Shown: positions 27,560-41,015 of the stretch, in pieces
Numbering within the stretch: position 1 is the first letter of the stretch
Layout of the letters: the number at the start of each line of letters is the position of its first letter
Assembly: GCA_034780895.1 (NCBI GenBank)
Contig: JAUZTB010000076.1
Span: forward strand, 20,135,273 to 20,199,272
Length of the DNA stretch: 64,000 nucleotides
Direction of reading: 5' to 3'
DNA from: Rhynchobatus australiae
Lineage: Eukaryota
Notes under the pieces: model-generated
What the model was told of the DNA's origin: nothing
What the model saw: the letters and a program-made list of their open reading frames with translations, nothing else
The model's database searches: none
Position numbers and translations under genes: made by a program

Positions 27560-30200
27560 ATTGACACTCTAAGTTATTTTCCATTATTTGCTACACTGCA
27601 CACTGAATTAAACAGTTTGCAACCTTTGTCATACTTGAATTGAGTTTCAAACTCTGTATCTCTTCAGAACAAGGGAGTGCCAATTTCCACCTCTAATAAT
27701 GTAACAGCTACCTCAGCTCACTTGCTAGAAAATCCTTCATCTGTATCTCTTATTTCCAAACTTGATTTCTTAAGGCATTGTTGGTTAGCTTCTCTCACTC
27801 TTGTTCCTAAAGGAGGTCATCCAAGAACCTGCTGCCTTTGCCCTATCTTGTCCTTATTCTGCTTTTCAATCTACATTGGAACATCATTAACTTGTATCTC
27901 AATTATAAATCCCTTAATTTGACCGTTCACTATGGTACTGAGGAAATGGTTCTCTAAAAGAGGTGTTGTCTTTCAACTGCTATGCCATAGCAAGGCTTTG
28001 CCTGCCTTCTTGCACAGAGGTGAAAGAGCCTGTCCAGTTCAAAGAAAAATTTGTGAGTTCACTCTGTGTGATTGTCAATTTTATTCTTTAATCACTAACA
28101 ATAAGATGAATACTCTAATTGTATTTTTGATTGCTCTGTGCAAATTGGCTGTCAGGTTTCTCTCCCAGGTAAGTGGCTTTTTATCAAAAGCTCTCCTGTG
28201 GGCCTATGTAACTGGTGTCAATGCAGCATCCCTCCCTGCTGCTCTTGTTATTAACTGTAATACATCCTGGTTTATTTTCGAAAGCTGGTCATTAGTATTT
28301 CACTCTATTTATTAAACAAAATTCTTATCTGACCAATCTGTCCTTGTAGACTGTGGCTTGATGTCCAGTTCCTTTCTTCCAGTCTACTGTTCAACATTCT
28401 GCAATTGACCAATTGGTCCTGCAACAAATTGCTGTGCACAGGTTGGCTGATGTATTCATCCTGAAAAATAAATAACTGCGCTGAAAACTGAGTTATGGGA
28501 TGCATGAAGGGCACGTTAAAGCAGTACTGTGTAGGTTGCCTGTAAGAATACAGCCTGCAAGACTGAACTTGGATAAAGACCTTGCATTCATAATCTTTGG
28601 GTGTTATGGCAGTGGAGGTTGTGATCTGCTATTATTGTGGATAGTGGGGATCAGGGTTGGGAAAGAGAATCAAGCAGAGGTGGAGAGTGTGAGGGGTGGG
28701 TATGGAGAGGAGATCCTTAAGTGGAAGCAATTGGAGAAGAGCTGGAAAAGATCTTCCATGAAGATGATGAGTGCAAGAGCAGGGGAGAAGAACCCATTAT
28801 GATGCCAACTAGTGTGGGATCAGGGCATGCAGGTACATTGGAAGGTGGTAAAGTTTGAGGAGGGAATAGATGGTGATTATCTGTGGATATGTTGGGATAC
28901 AACTGAGTTTGAAAATGATTGGGATGGAATTGCTTGGAGAGATATTTGGTGGGGGGGGGGCGAAGGAGAGAGATTATGGAGATGATTGGTTTGGTTAGTT
29001 TATTTGGGGAAATGATATGGTCAGGCTGGTGCCTAAGGACAAAGTCACTGATGAATGGTCAACTCTGGGAATTTAAGGAAGGCACCTACCTTGAAGCAGG
29101 TGTACAACAATGGAAATACAGAATAAAACTCCCCTTTAAAAACTGCTTCAGTATTGAATGGGCTTCTTGTACGTATTTGTGCTGTGCTAATGAAAGAAGG
29201 ATCCAGATCTAATATCAGTAACTGGGCTACCTTTTCAAAAAATACTTGATTGCTTTTATAGACATGGCTTTTTTTTTAAATGACTTCACTGCACAGTGCA
29301 ACAACAGAGTATTTTAGGCCACTATATAAAGTCTAGCTTTGTTCTTCATTCAGNNNNNNNNNNNNNNNNNNNNNNNNNNNNNNNNNNNNNNNNNNNNNNN
29401 NNNNNNNNNNNNNNNNNNNNNNNNNNNNNNNNNNNNNNNNNNNNNNNNNNNNNCAAAAAAAAAGTATCTGGTTTTTCATTAATTGTCTTTTTTAGGAGCT
29501 TACTGGATACAATTTTGCCAGTGAACCACAAAATAATTGTGATGAATTGGATGAATTACAATATGTATGGTAATATATTGGTATATTTCTGCAATAGCTT
29601 GGTCATTTTAAAATTCCTTTAAGTTCAGGTTTTGTTAGCTGAGCTGGAATCTACTTTGTGGCAAGAAATTACAGTATAGGGAAAATTAAGCCAACAGATG
29701 AAGCTATTGCATGAAGTTGTTATGACCCATTTTGGCCTTGGCACTTTCATACCTTTTAATCACAAATACATCAATTTTAATCTGTCAAGATGTGCTTTCT
29801 GATGCCTTTCTATATAACTATTATGTTAATCTGATTGTTAGCTTGCTAATGAAAGGGCTGGCAATAAACGTGGAATCGGCACAATTAATGATGAATGTTT
29901 GTGATTCCTTTTGAACTGAGAAAGAGAGAATAATTACCATTGAGCATGAGAGGCCTTTAAATGTGTCTCTGAGCTTGATGGTGTGGCAATGTCCTTGTAG
30001 CCATTTAGAGATGTTCTTGGATTTCTCCTGCACATTTGCCAGCTCTTAAATGTTGTACCACATGTGTGGAGCTATCTCAAAATGATGTTGTGACCCAGAT
30101 AATCTAGAGTTGGATATTAATAAAGTTAATGAAGTAGTATACTATGAAGTTGTTGTACCCAAAGTAGGAGACTGCATTAAAAATGTTAAAATAATGCTTG
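27560..30200 (-). pseudogene. Unit 4: L polymerase remnant ending next to the ST3GAL3 splice donor
   Basis: MQSPTLGTTTS (LKNPLLGTEVS), FFEKVAQLLILDLDPSF ~29.2k (LFAKVVILRIADLDMDPDF), TAITPKDYECKV ~28.6k (TVLVPKEKELKV), FIFQDEY (FIIQDRF), LQGQIGQIRIL (LGQGDNQTIII), LLWHSS*KTTPLLENHF (LTWGRDLVGVTMPFVAEQF), FKYDKG ~27.63k (FLLEKG). Confidence 0.75.
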
Positions 30201-30219
30201 CCGTTTCATCATTATAGTT

Positions 30220-30590
30220 TATTTGTGGCTTTTGACAGGTTTATAGCCAAAAATAATGTAACTGAATGTTCCATGTTCCACAAGAAAATGGCATTGGGTA
30301 ATTTTACTCAGTTGAGCTAAGCATGGCAACAGAAATAGATATTGTGCAGCTGAGGTCATACTCTGAGTCATAGGGAGTGTTCCTAAATGCTGACCACGCT
30401 AAAGTTTTCTCATCGGACCTTGCTAACTAAAAGGTTTATAAACTAGACTTGAATTTAAAGGAACATAGCAACATGATGGCAACGAGTGATGCAGAAGGCC
30501 TTGATAGCTCTGTCATCAGTGACCTCGATCAGTAACGCTGGAGAAGCATTAATAATGGATGTAAAGAAATTCAATGTCCCTGTTGAAAGT
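30220..30590 (-). pseudogene. Unit 4: matrix protein M remnant
   Basis: IINASPALLIEV ~30.55k (IVPGWPTLMLEI) and VEHGTFSYIIFGYK (SKHAINAAFNVFSYR). Confidence 0.65.
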
Positions 30591-30749
30591 CAAAACTCGT
30601 TCTTGGANNNNNNNNNNNNNNNNNNNNNNNNNNNNNNNNNNNNNNNNNNNNNNNNNNNNNNNNNNNNNNNNNNNNNNNNGTTAATGTTGGACATAAATAC
30701 CATAATATGTTTGTAAAGCACAATTTTTAACAGGAAACTATATATTGCA

Positions 30750-31900
30750 CCTACTTAAAAAAATAAAATTAAACATTCTTGTCAGCAAATGTGGAGGATA
30801 ATGAAATTGCTAAAATTCCCATATCCTTTACATGAGTAATACAGCAATAATATTCTCCTGATGCAGGGACTTGACCCGAAATGTCGACTATCCCTTTAGC
30901 TCCATAGATGCTGCCTGACCCGCTGAGCTCCTCCGGCAGCTTGTTTTTTGCTCCAGATTCCAGTATCTGCAGTCTCAGTATCATGTCCTCAATAATATTT
31001 TCCCTCCAGATGAAGTGAAGCATATTAGCAAGTTCTTTTTTTCTCTCTCTCGATACAAATTGTAAGACAAAAATAATTAAGTTTTTGAATGCCTTATTGA
31101 AAATGCTAAATTTGTGCAAATGAAGATTTTATTTCTGACATTTTTGTTGAACAAATTGTTATTTTTTGAGGGGGTGGAGAGTAGGGTGGAAATTCATGCC
31201 CTAAGGCTGTTGTGTGTTTTTACCACTTGGGTAAATTTGTTTATTTTTAAGTTGTAAGACTCTTTTGAAAGACAATTGTAACTAAAATATCAGACTAAAA
31301 GTGAATGTGCTTCAACTATTTTACTTCATGGAACAAGGATTTGACTCATTTTCTGTTAGTTATATTATGCTCAATGTACTTTAAATTTCATAAGCACCAG
31401 AAATTCCTAATATTTCTGATCCAAAATTGTACTACTTATGTAGTTTGAGTTTTACAAGTGCCCTTGTATGGTAAGTGTAAATATTCTTATTTCTAAATTT
31501 ACTCTTTTAGTTCACCTCTCTGTGAATTATTTTATTTCTTAACAATTTTTCATGTATTTGGAAAAATCATGTTAGAGCTCCATAACTGTTCATATTTTTA
31601 TCCATGAAGCTGTACGGTGAACTGTTGTGATAGTGAAAGAGAATATCATGGACAACCTGTGATTTATTTGAAACATCAATATGCAAAAAAAATCCATAAA
31701 GAAACAAAAACTAGAATGTAGAATTAGGTGGCTAAAGGCAGCCTAACATCTGATAGGATTCTCCAGTAGGTAAAGGGGAGTTGTATGGTGTACAGGTCAT
31801 ATTCCTTCAAATATGTTAAGCGCCCTTTAATTAAAATATCCTTTAATGTAAAACCTGTTAAATTTATTTTGTAGTAATGCTGAGGAAAAAAACTGACAGT
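30750..31900 (-). pseudogene. Unit 4: possible G remnant
   Basis: Lies just upstream of M. Basic RERKKE followed by LANMLHFI resembles the furin-site region. Otherwise weak. Confidence 0.35.
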
Positions 31901-33369
31901 GAACCCTATAAGTAGATAATGGAGGAGAAAGGTGATTCATGAGCATGCCAGAACTTGAAACTTGGCACAGATTATGAAAAGGGCAGCATAATTTTGGACT
32001 TTGTTTAGGGTGAAAGATGGAAGAGGATTGAGAAAATTGAACGCTGATGTAACAAAAGTAAAGTTCACTTTTTCAGCTTTTGAGTGGTTAAAGGAGGAAC
32101 AAACCTCTGGTATTCCTGACAGAAATATTGAGAGTGATTGAGGCGTTCAGAACCTCAGCTCTGGTTCACATAGTTCATAGAGGTTAAAAGCTGCCTGGTC
32201 CATCCTCTGACAATGATTAGGAAGGAGGGAATTCAGTGGAACAGTTTTTGGAGGGGGTTGCAAGCATTTAATTGGAAGAAATATCTGTTCATTTAGTACT
32301 GGATGATAAATTATAGGCAATGAATGGGATGAAGGAGGGATAACATAGGGCTTGGTATGATTGGCGTGCATGTGAAATCTGTGTGGAGAATATTTCTGAA
32401 GAGTAGTATGTACGTTAAAATACGAAGGGATTAAGAATATTTCTGTGGGGAACTGCAGAGATAATTGTGCTGACGTGGGGAGAGAAGCTCTCAGGCCATG
32501 ATTTGGATGAAAAAGGAAGCCAGGTAAGAGCAGGTCCACTCAGGTAGACAATGGAAGAGACTTCTGATGTTGTTTATGTATTTAATATACACCCAAGGTT
32601 GCAGAAAGGTTAAGTGGGATAAGGAGAGATGGTTCTGACAGTTACACCCACATAGAATGTTAATTATCACAAGTGCTGCTTCTCTGCTCTGGCAGAGAAT
32701 AAATCTGATTGGAGCATTTCAAATGTGGAGCTCAGAAAATGGCAAACATTTGGAAGGCAACAATGTGTTGAAGAAATTTGATTACAAGTTAGTGAAAGGG
32801 AGAGAAAAGTTTATGCTATCACCAAACATGAGGGTCAGGCAGGAGTTTAGTGGGAATAGTGTTGGGAGAACAAGGAATTTTTCATGTGCAAGATGGGTTT
32901 TGTGATGGCATGAGAGGAGGAAATGATAGAAATTAGAGAATGATGCAAACTTGGGCTTAGACCAGCAAGTACTTCAGAGTAGTCTTATTCTGAAGTCCTT
33001 GGGGAAGGAAAGGCTGTGGCATAAAGAGGTGACTGACAAAAGTTCTTAAGACTTGCTCACTTTTTGGAGGTCATGACAGAAGGATGAGTGAATGGGGTGG
33101 CACAGCAGTATTAGTAAGGAATTTTATCACAGCATTAGTGTGTAATCATCTTGAGGTGTTGGAAATAAAATGGTAATTCTTTACATATCATATAAGAGAA
33201 ATAGAAAAGGATATTTGTAAACTATAAGTAAGAGTATGATAAATAGATGGGTCAAGAAAATGGGTAATTACCATTACAAGATAAGAGAATCATAAAAGAA
33301 CTACTGAATGGAAGGATGCTATTTGGAGCACACAGGCTTTCCATTGAATAATCCTGACAGTCCTATGAA

Positions 33370-33980
33370 ATAAAAACAGAAAATGCTGGAAACATTCAGT
33401 GCAGCATCAGTGGAAAGGTAAACAGTTAATGTTTCAGGTCTAAGACCCTTCACCCTTGCCTTCCACCCCACTAGCATCTGTATTCAATGGATCGTCCTTC
33501 ACAATTTCTGCTAGCTCTAATAAGAGTCCACCGCTAGACACACATTCCTCTCCCACCCTCTTTTAGCATTTCAAAGGGAGCAATTCCGTGGTCTGCTCTT
33601 CCATCCCTGCCTACCACCCCCTGTCTTAAGGCCCTTTCCCATGCAACTGCAGGAAGTGCAACACCTGCCCTTTCACTTCCTTCCCACCATCCAAGAACCT
33701 AATCTGTCTTTCCAGGTGAAGCAGTGATTCACATGCACTTCTTTCAATCTAGTGTACTGCATTCAGTGTTCACAGTGTGGTCTCCTTTACATTGGAGAAG
33801 CCAAACACGTTGCAGGATTGCTTTGCAGAGAACCCGCATTTGGTCTGCAGGAGTGACTCTGCTCATCTGATTGCCAACCACTTATATTCACCATCCCTCT
33901 CCCATTTTGACCTTTCTGCATGTGGCCTCTTGCACAGTTACGATGAGGAGTGACACAAGCTTGAGAAACAAAACCTCAGT
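33370..33980 (+). mobile_element. Penelope-like element, GIY-YIG endonuclease region
   Basis: PFPCNCRKCNTCPF..FTCTSFNLVYCIQCSQCGLLYIGEAK. Confidence 0.85.
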
Positions 33981-36900
33981 CTCACCGACTTCACTGGTAC
34001 TATAGTCATGTTAATTGTATTCCATTCAGTTCCTCTTTCTCACTAAACTCTTGTTTCCCTGATATTTCTTAGGAAAAATTTATCTATGGAGGACAAAAAA
34101 TCTTGCTTAAATTCATACTGGTAAATGAAATGGGACAAATTGTGTGTGTGTGTGTATGTATTTGGCAAAATAATATCCTGTTTATAGTTTATCAAGGTGA
34201 TAAATCATACATCTGTGGGGCCTTGGTTTCGTGGCCCCTCTAAGAGAGCGAGCACTAGANNNNNNNNNNATATTTGAGCATCAGCCAAGATATTTATGCT
34301 CAAGGTTCTGGCTTGGAATCTTCTGTCTCTTGATATCAGAACATTCTGATGTATGTTACCAATTGAATGTTACTGACGCAAGATTCAAAGTTCTAGATTC
34401 ACCATAGGGATCTGACCCAAATTAATCATCAAGAGTTATTGGGGTAATTAGGGAGTCAATTAGAAGGGTTACTAATTCATCATAGGATTAAGAGCACAAG
34501 ATCATTAAACATATGCTGAAAAATGATATTTGGAATGGGAAGATTTGAAGAAAACAGAAGAATTTGGGTTATTTTTGGATTGCTCTAGAAAAGTTGACAT
34601 TGACATAATGCAAAGCAGTTTTTAACAATTTTTAAATTTGGATTTTTTTGTCAGCATATATGTGGGAGATGCAGACTAGTTGAAAGTTAATTGAAACCTT
34701 TCTTTTTGCTCAAAGTCAGTATTTGCCAGCAGGGAAATATTTCCACATTTGATTTTAAAAAAACAATTAGTGATTAAAAAAATAGCAATTAAGAAACAAT
34801 GAGCAATGCTGATAAAGGTAACAGAATCAATGCAGAAAGATCTACTTAAGAAGCAGATTATTTACTTAATTGAATAAATTAATCGGCTCAATGGGCCAGA
34901 TGACTTACAGGTTTAACAGTATTTTCTCAGTAGAACCCAAGAGAGGGAACAGTATGGGAGTATGGTATTTAAGTCCTCAATTTTTCTAAGCATTCTGTAT
35001 TCTAAGAATATGAAAATCAGTGTGCTTTTTATTTTGCATTTTTAATCTCTGCAAGTTTAGTAATACCATCTTTCCTTGTATGTAGCCTGTCGGTACACCT
35101 GCTCTGTTGGATGGTGGTGTGCCTTTCTATGCTGTTAATATTGTCGTTGGTCACTCTTTATAATACTAGCAATATCTCAAGTTATTTTCTTGTCAGATTT
35201 AATAAAATGACATTGACATTTAACTTAGTAAAAAGAAGTTTATATTTATCTCAGAGTAGCTAGCATAAATTCGAGATTGACCCCTTCAATAACTTGGAGT
35301 TTATTTAATTTCTGTTTCTCAAGACTATTCAAATGTTATTGCTGGAAACATCAGAAGTTTTCAAAACTGAACATTATTGGGTAGAGTAGTATAATGTTGG
35401 TGTATTAAGTTACACAGTCTGTGAGATTGATTAAGGACACAATTGAGACTTTAGGGTTTCAGTGCAGTTTAAAATGTTATTAGAATCTGGAAATAGTCTC
35501 TCACTTTATTCATTACCTTGAACAGATGGTGCTATTGAGCAGACTTCAGTGATTAGATCAGCAGTTTAAGGAAACGAGGTTCTTGCTGGAGTCCAGCATT
35601 GACTTGGGAGAGACAATCTTCCTTTTGTTGGCTCGCATCAGCTGTGTTGAAGCGGTGCAGTATGTTTTCTTTTACATGTCACAGCTGTCGTATAAAATCC
35701 AAGATATAGTTTAAAAGAAAATTTGGCAAACATGGTATTTGTCTGTCTCACCTCTGTCATACTGATAGAGAAAAAGGTAATGAGAGAAGAGATTAATAAA
35801 TATTGCAGGACAGATGTCTGTTGTACTCTTAAAAGCTTGAGCCATATGGTGGACTGATGCAGTCTGTTAAGTTCATTGAGGCTCTATGTCATGTACTGAA
35901 GGACAAAGGTTTGTTCTATGTCACAGACCAACTTTTGAATATTAGCATGAAGGACAGGGTAACGTTGCCTGAATTTTGGCTCTTTTCAATCCTCCCTGTT
36001 TGACCACATTCTTGATCACCTCTCTGATTATCCTCTCCTTTGGCTTATTGTTAATATCCATTTGATTAGGCTCCTATGAAGAAACTTAGCTAGATTATAC
36101 TTTGCTAAAGGCATTATATGCAAGTTGATTTGGGTGCTACATGCACTACTGCTAAGGAATCCCATCAGTAGTGTCCTTGCCTTGCTGCCAATCTGTTTAA
36201 TGCCTGATGCTTGCTGCTGTACTGTAATGAGACTTCCCTGTTTTGTTATGACTTGTAAAGTTATGCCTTGGAATTTTGGATCATTTAGGATGGAACAGTT
36301 TAACAAGCTGGTAATTACTTGCACTTATTCATCAAGACAAAACATCGTACAGTGCCAACCAGAAATCAATACTCATTCTGGTAACAGAAGATAATACAAG
36401 GGCACCTAATTAAAAGTAAATGCCTCCTCTTCCATTTTTAGCTTCTATTACTTCTTGCCTTTTTTGGGAAGGGAAATTACATCAATTCTAGGGGAATTGA
36501 TAACTTTCACCAAGAGGCCCCAATTGCCTTTGGAAAAGTGAAATGTTTTGGTGTCATTGTTCTATGGTCTGATGCTGGTTTCATTTGCTCCCATTGAGTG
36601 TCTTTCAATTTAGACTTGTCTTGAAGTTGGTTAAAATTTTACTTTGTGGTTTAAAAATGCTGCTTCACTGGGCTTTAGATCAGAATTAAAAACTCAGAAT
36701 ATCAACTTAGTTGCGATACATCCTTTCTGTTTCCTATTACATGCTGACAACACAGCAGTATTGTTGCATTTATACCACATGCAACTTGTTAACCATTTTG
36801 AAAAGTGTCATTTCAGGATGACGTAGAAGGGTGCCTGATGCCATTTCAGTCATTTTTCCAACATGCATCACTTGAGCCTTTCTATTACTGTTTCTGAGAG

Positions 36901-37405
36901 CCAGTTTATAATTCCCACTGGTTGGAGGAAAAGGCCTTCGCGTGCAGCAAGTCTAAAGCAATGATGTGACAGTAGACATTGTGAGATGTAGTTTAGGGAT
37001 TTTGTTATGCAGAATATACTTGATTAAATGGATATGTACGTGAGTCAGTAAGTGATGGCAATGACAGTTAATATAGGTGAAAACTGAATATGTTCTTTTA
37101 AGTGGAAACTCATGGAGGGGGAATTAAGTTGAAATGTCTTTTATATACATTAAAAAAAAATCCATGATGTATGAAAAAAATCCCCGAGCCTGTTAGAGCA
37201 TATTATGTGTTCTTGTTTTAAATTGCTTGAGCAAAATGGTTTATTCTCATAAAACATATTAGATTTCATTTGCCAAGTTCTGTTTCATTTGGTTTTCAGT
37301 TTGTCTGCCTGGAAACAGTCATCTTCTTATTGAAAGAATGCAGATGGAAGCCATGGCTAATGTCGGAAAATAATTTATTTTCAATTGTATCTGTGCTCGA
37401 GAAAG

Positions 37406-37745
37406 TCATAGAGACACAGAGCACAGAAATGGGCCTTTCGGCACACTGAGACTGCGCCAACCATTAACCACCCAATTTAGATCTTTTTGATTCTCCCCAC
37501 ATTCTCTTCTATTCTTCTCCTCCTTTGCCCCAACCAGCTTTAACCACTCACAAACTAGGGACAATTTACAGTGGCTGATTAATCTACCATCCAATATGTC
37601 TTTGGAATGTGGGAGAAAACTCATGTGGTTACAAAGAGAATGTGTAGACTCCATACAGCCACCAACCGAGATTAGATTGAACATGGATCTCTGGTGCCTG
37701 TGAGGCAGTGAATCTACTAGCTGCACCTGTGTATCACCCAAAGCA
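37406..37745 (-). mobile_element. V-SINE inserted in the unit-3 L gene
   Basis: CR1-like tail (gggcctttcggcacac) plus tctttggaatgtgggagaaa and a tRNA-like head. Confidence 0.75.
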
Positions 37746-37950
37746 CAAGAAAGTACAAGATCATTCCAGATGAAACGTTTTGACCTGAAACGTTGACTAT
37801 TTCCCTCCACAGATGCTACCTGACCCGCTGAGTTCCTCCAGCAGGTCGTTTTTTGCAATTTATTTTACTGTTGTGTATGTTAAATAACTTACATGAAAGT
37901 TATTACTCTTTTAAAAATGCTGTGGGTTTAGATGGAAACGTTGAGATATA

Positions 37951-38249
37951 CAGGCAGTCCCTGGGTTGCGCATGGGTTCTATTTCTGAGATCCATCCATA
38001 AACTGATTTCTCGGTTGGTCAGAATTGTCCATTTTCTATAGTTACTCATATTGTATTGCTCTACATACACATGCTATGATTTCATTGCATTTCATTTCAT
38101 TAACCTATAGTTAAACTAACAGAATATATACTGTGTCCAGTTATTAATGAATACTATGAAACATCATTATTATACAAGCTTGAAAAATGCTTTAAATATG
38201 TATGGGAGAATTTGCAAAACTCGGGTCACTTGTAACCTGGGGAGCTCTG
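37951..38249. mobile_element. Tc1/mariner (Tigger-like) MITE inserted in the unit-3 L gene
   Basis: TA|CAGGCAGTCCCTGGGTTGC ... GTAACCTGGGGAGCTCTG|TA: imperfect TIRs with TA target duplication. Confidence 0.65.
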
Positions 38250-38337
38250 TACAGGAATGTTAATTTTGATATAACATTTCCAAAGTTCCTGTTGTGGCCA
38301 AGGTGAAAACAGCTTGGGATTGTAAAATGGAGTGACA

Positions 38338-38780
38338 TCAGGATCTGGCAGGATTCTGCAATTTCCAACTGAAGGGGAGAGAGTGTGAGCTAATCTTTAT
38401 TCCATGCTCACTGTACTAAAAGGTCATCGTGCAAGTTTTCAGAGTGTCCTGGGGGTTCTGCACTTCACACCCTTGAAGATTCTCAAGCTACACCCTGTTA
38501 ATTTCTCTTCTAGTTTATGTGCACTTCAGAAGGACAACATTGACATCTATGGTAGCTGGAATAAATATAAATTGAATCCTCAAAGAGCGAACTATGTTGT
38601 TGCCACATTATTTTTTTAGTGGGGAATAGATGTTGATTTTTATTTTCTAATTTGTAAATTGCTGTAACTATCCCTTGTTTTAAATGCCAGTTGTTTGGAT
38701 TTGGATTACAATGAACCTTATTATTCTTGGGAACATTACCAGGCATTGGAGAGAGGAAACTCTATTTTCCTGGTTTGAGT
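38338..38780 (-). pseudogene. Unit 3: matrix protein M, downstream of G
   Basis: ATIDV (FTIDV), YSEHGI (QSKHAI), FSWKLQN (FSYRLRN). Ends at a TGA overlapping the next ATG (TGATG, 38340-38336). Confidence 0.75.
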
Positions 38781-39014
38781 TTGTGCGTTAGGTCTCAAAG
38801 ATAAAATTGTTTACTGGCCCTACTTTGTAGTGATTAATGGGTAAGCAGTAAATGGTTGAGGATTAATTTTTAGTTCTTAATTCATTACATAAGGCTACAA
38901 ATTGACTTTACTCTATTAAATCATGAGATGCTGCTTTGTAGCCATCCATAATCAATGCAGTGACCTGTTGCTACTGAATTAAAAGTTGACATAGAGGATT
39001 GCAAGATCATGGAG

Positions 39015-40585
39015 GGGCATTTTGATATCAAGAAGGTGGTGGTGTTGGGACTCTTGAACAACGTGAAGGTGGATAATTCCCCAGGTTCAGATAGGGTCTA
39101 TCCAACGTAATTGAGGGAGGCAAGAGAGGAAATTGCTGGGGCCTTTTTAGCCACATGCGAGTTCCCAGAGGACTGGAGAATAGCTAATGTTCCTCTGTTT
39201 AAGAAGGGCAATAAAGAAAAACCAGGAAATTATAGACCTGTCAGCCTTGCATCAGTGGTAGATAAATTATTAGAGAAGATTCTTAGGGATAGGATCTACA
39301 CCTATCTAGAAAAGCATACACTTATGAAGGATAGTCAACGTGAAGGTCGTGTCTTACAAACTTGATTGAGTTTTTTGAGGAGGTCATGAATATGATTGAT
39401 GAGGATAAGGCAGTGGATGTTATCTACATGGAATTTAGCAAGGCATTTGACAAGGTCCCTCGTGATGCACTGATCCAGAAAATAAAGATGCATGGGATCC
39501 ATAGAGACTCGGTAAATTGGATTCAAAATTGACTTGACCATGGAAGGCAGCAGATAGTAGTGGAGGGGTGTTATTCTGACTGGAGGTCTGTGACCAGTGG
39601 TGTTCTGCAAGGATCAGTGCTGGGACCTCAGTTGTTTGTGTGACATATAAATGATTTCGATAAAAATGTAGGTGGGCAGATTAGTAAGTTTGCAGACGAC
39701 ACAAAAATTGGTAGAGTTGTGGGTAATGAAGACAGTTGGGAAGGGATTCAACAGGATATAGACCAGTTTGAAATGTGGGCAGAAAAATGGCGGGTGGAGT
39801 TTAATCCAGACAATTATGAGTTGTTGCACTTTGGGAGGTCACATGTAAGAGGAAAGTATACAGTAAATGGCAGGACCTTTTGGAGCATTGATATATAGAT
39901 GGATCTTAGAGTGCAAGTCTATTGCTCCTTGAAAATGCAACGCAAGTAGATAGGGTGGCAGAGAAGACTAGCGATATACTTCATCAGTTGGGGTGTTGAA
40001 TATAAAATTTAGGAAGTCATGTTGCAACTAAAAACACTTTGCTTTGGCCACATTTAGACTATTGTGTGCAGTTCTGGTCTCTGCATTACAGGAAGGATGT
40101 GGAGGCTTTGGAGAGGATGCAGAAGAGGTTTACCAGAGTCTTGCCTGCATTGGAAAGTATTAGCTATAAGGAAAGGTTGGACAAATTTGTTCTTTTTTTC
40201 TAGAATGTCTTAAGCTGAAAGGACGACCTGATAGACGTATATAAAATTGTGAGAAGCTTAGAGAGAGTAGATAGTCAGTGTCTTCCAAGGATGGAATATC
40301 AAATACTAGAGTTCAAGGTGAATGGGGAAAATTTTAAAGGAGATTTACGAGGCAAGTGTATTTTTTACACAGAGAGTGGTAGGTGCCTGGAATGTGCTGC
40401 TAGGGGAAGTGGTGGATGCAGATACTATAGTAATGTTTAAGAGGCATTTGGACAGGTAAATAAACAGACAGGCAATGGGGAGATTTAGACTACATGCAGG
40501 CAGATGGGATTAGTTAAAATTGTCATGGTCAGCACAGACATCGTGGGCTGAAAGGCCTGTTCCTGTACTATACTACTCTATGTTC
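39015..40585 (+). mobile_element. 5'-truncated CR1 LINE, RT domain to 3' end (1.6 kb)
   Basis: KVDNSPG..REAREEIAGA..PEDWRIANV.PLFKKG..PGNYRPVSL..FSKAFDKVP..QGSVLGP..ISKFADDTK, then the 3' tail. Confidence 0.95.
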
Positions 40586-41015
40586 TGAAATAGTCTCGGA
40601 AACTCAAGCATGCTGGAAATTACACAATGGAATTGTGATGCATGAGGAATACGTGCCTCTGTGATCCAATACAATTTGCTCCTAAGATTCATATGCATAC
40701 ACACAAACATTATTGTAGTGCCAAACGTACTGCAACAGGCGTGGTATGATGCCTCTCGTCCCAGCTATATCAGGCAAATTAAAATCGTACCCACACCACT
40801 TAAAGGTAAGGTGCTCACTGCTTTCAACCATTGCTGGAAGTTATTACAGAACTTTCAAAAGCTTATTGCAGGCTACAGCGGGCAAGACACAGGAGTCTTC
40901 ACCCTGACTTTTGAATGCCAAATCACCTTGATTCTTGATGTCTTAGTTGAAGTAGCAAGTGTTCCTTCACAGCAGGATCCTGGATGTCCTCTAGATCTGT
41001 TATGAAACTGTAGCG

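Larger units (their letters stand above)
34300..38338 (-). pseudogene. Unit 3: L polymerase with internal deletions (catalytic motifs A-C not found)
   Basis: Starts MSLH. RAQIQLKINY ~37.39k (RAQLELHIAY), CFMRINHFAQA (CLMTYNHFLAA), FCITKSLNYISQCLL (FTIIKSIFPYSQGLV), NWGLLVKV (RWQLFAKV), KLKMEE (NLKVEE), WLAL (WVAL), EPNQMDI..ERIIREVI (DPTSLNI..ERQIRRWI), KLYLG (PLYLG), PSVQG..ERL (PSIQG..HRL), IPYSHTVPSL ~34.95k (LPWSIVIRSL). The lower boundary is uncertain. Confidence 0.85.

Noticed and set aside
31930-33150. ORFs 32147-32539 and 32657-32905 as genes or unit-4 N
   Set aside because: The minus strand shows L2-LINE-like remnants (LPSFTLNKVQNYAA). No N motifs recognised.
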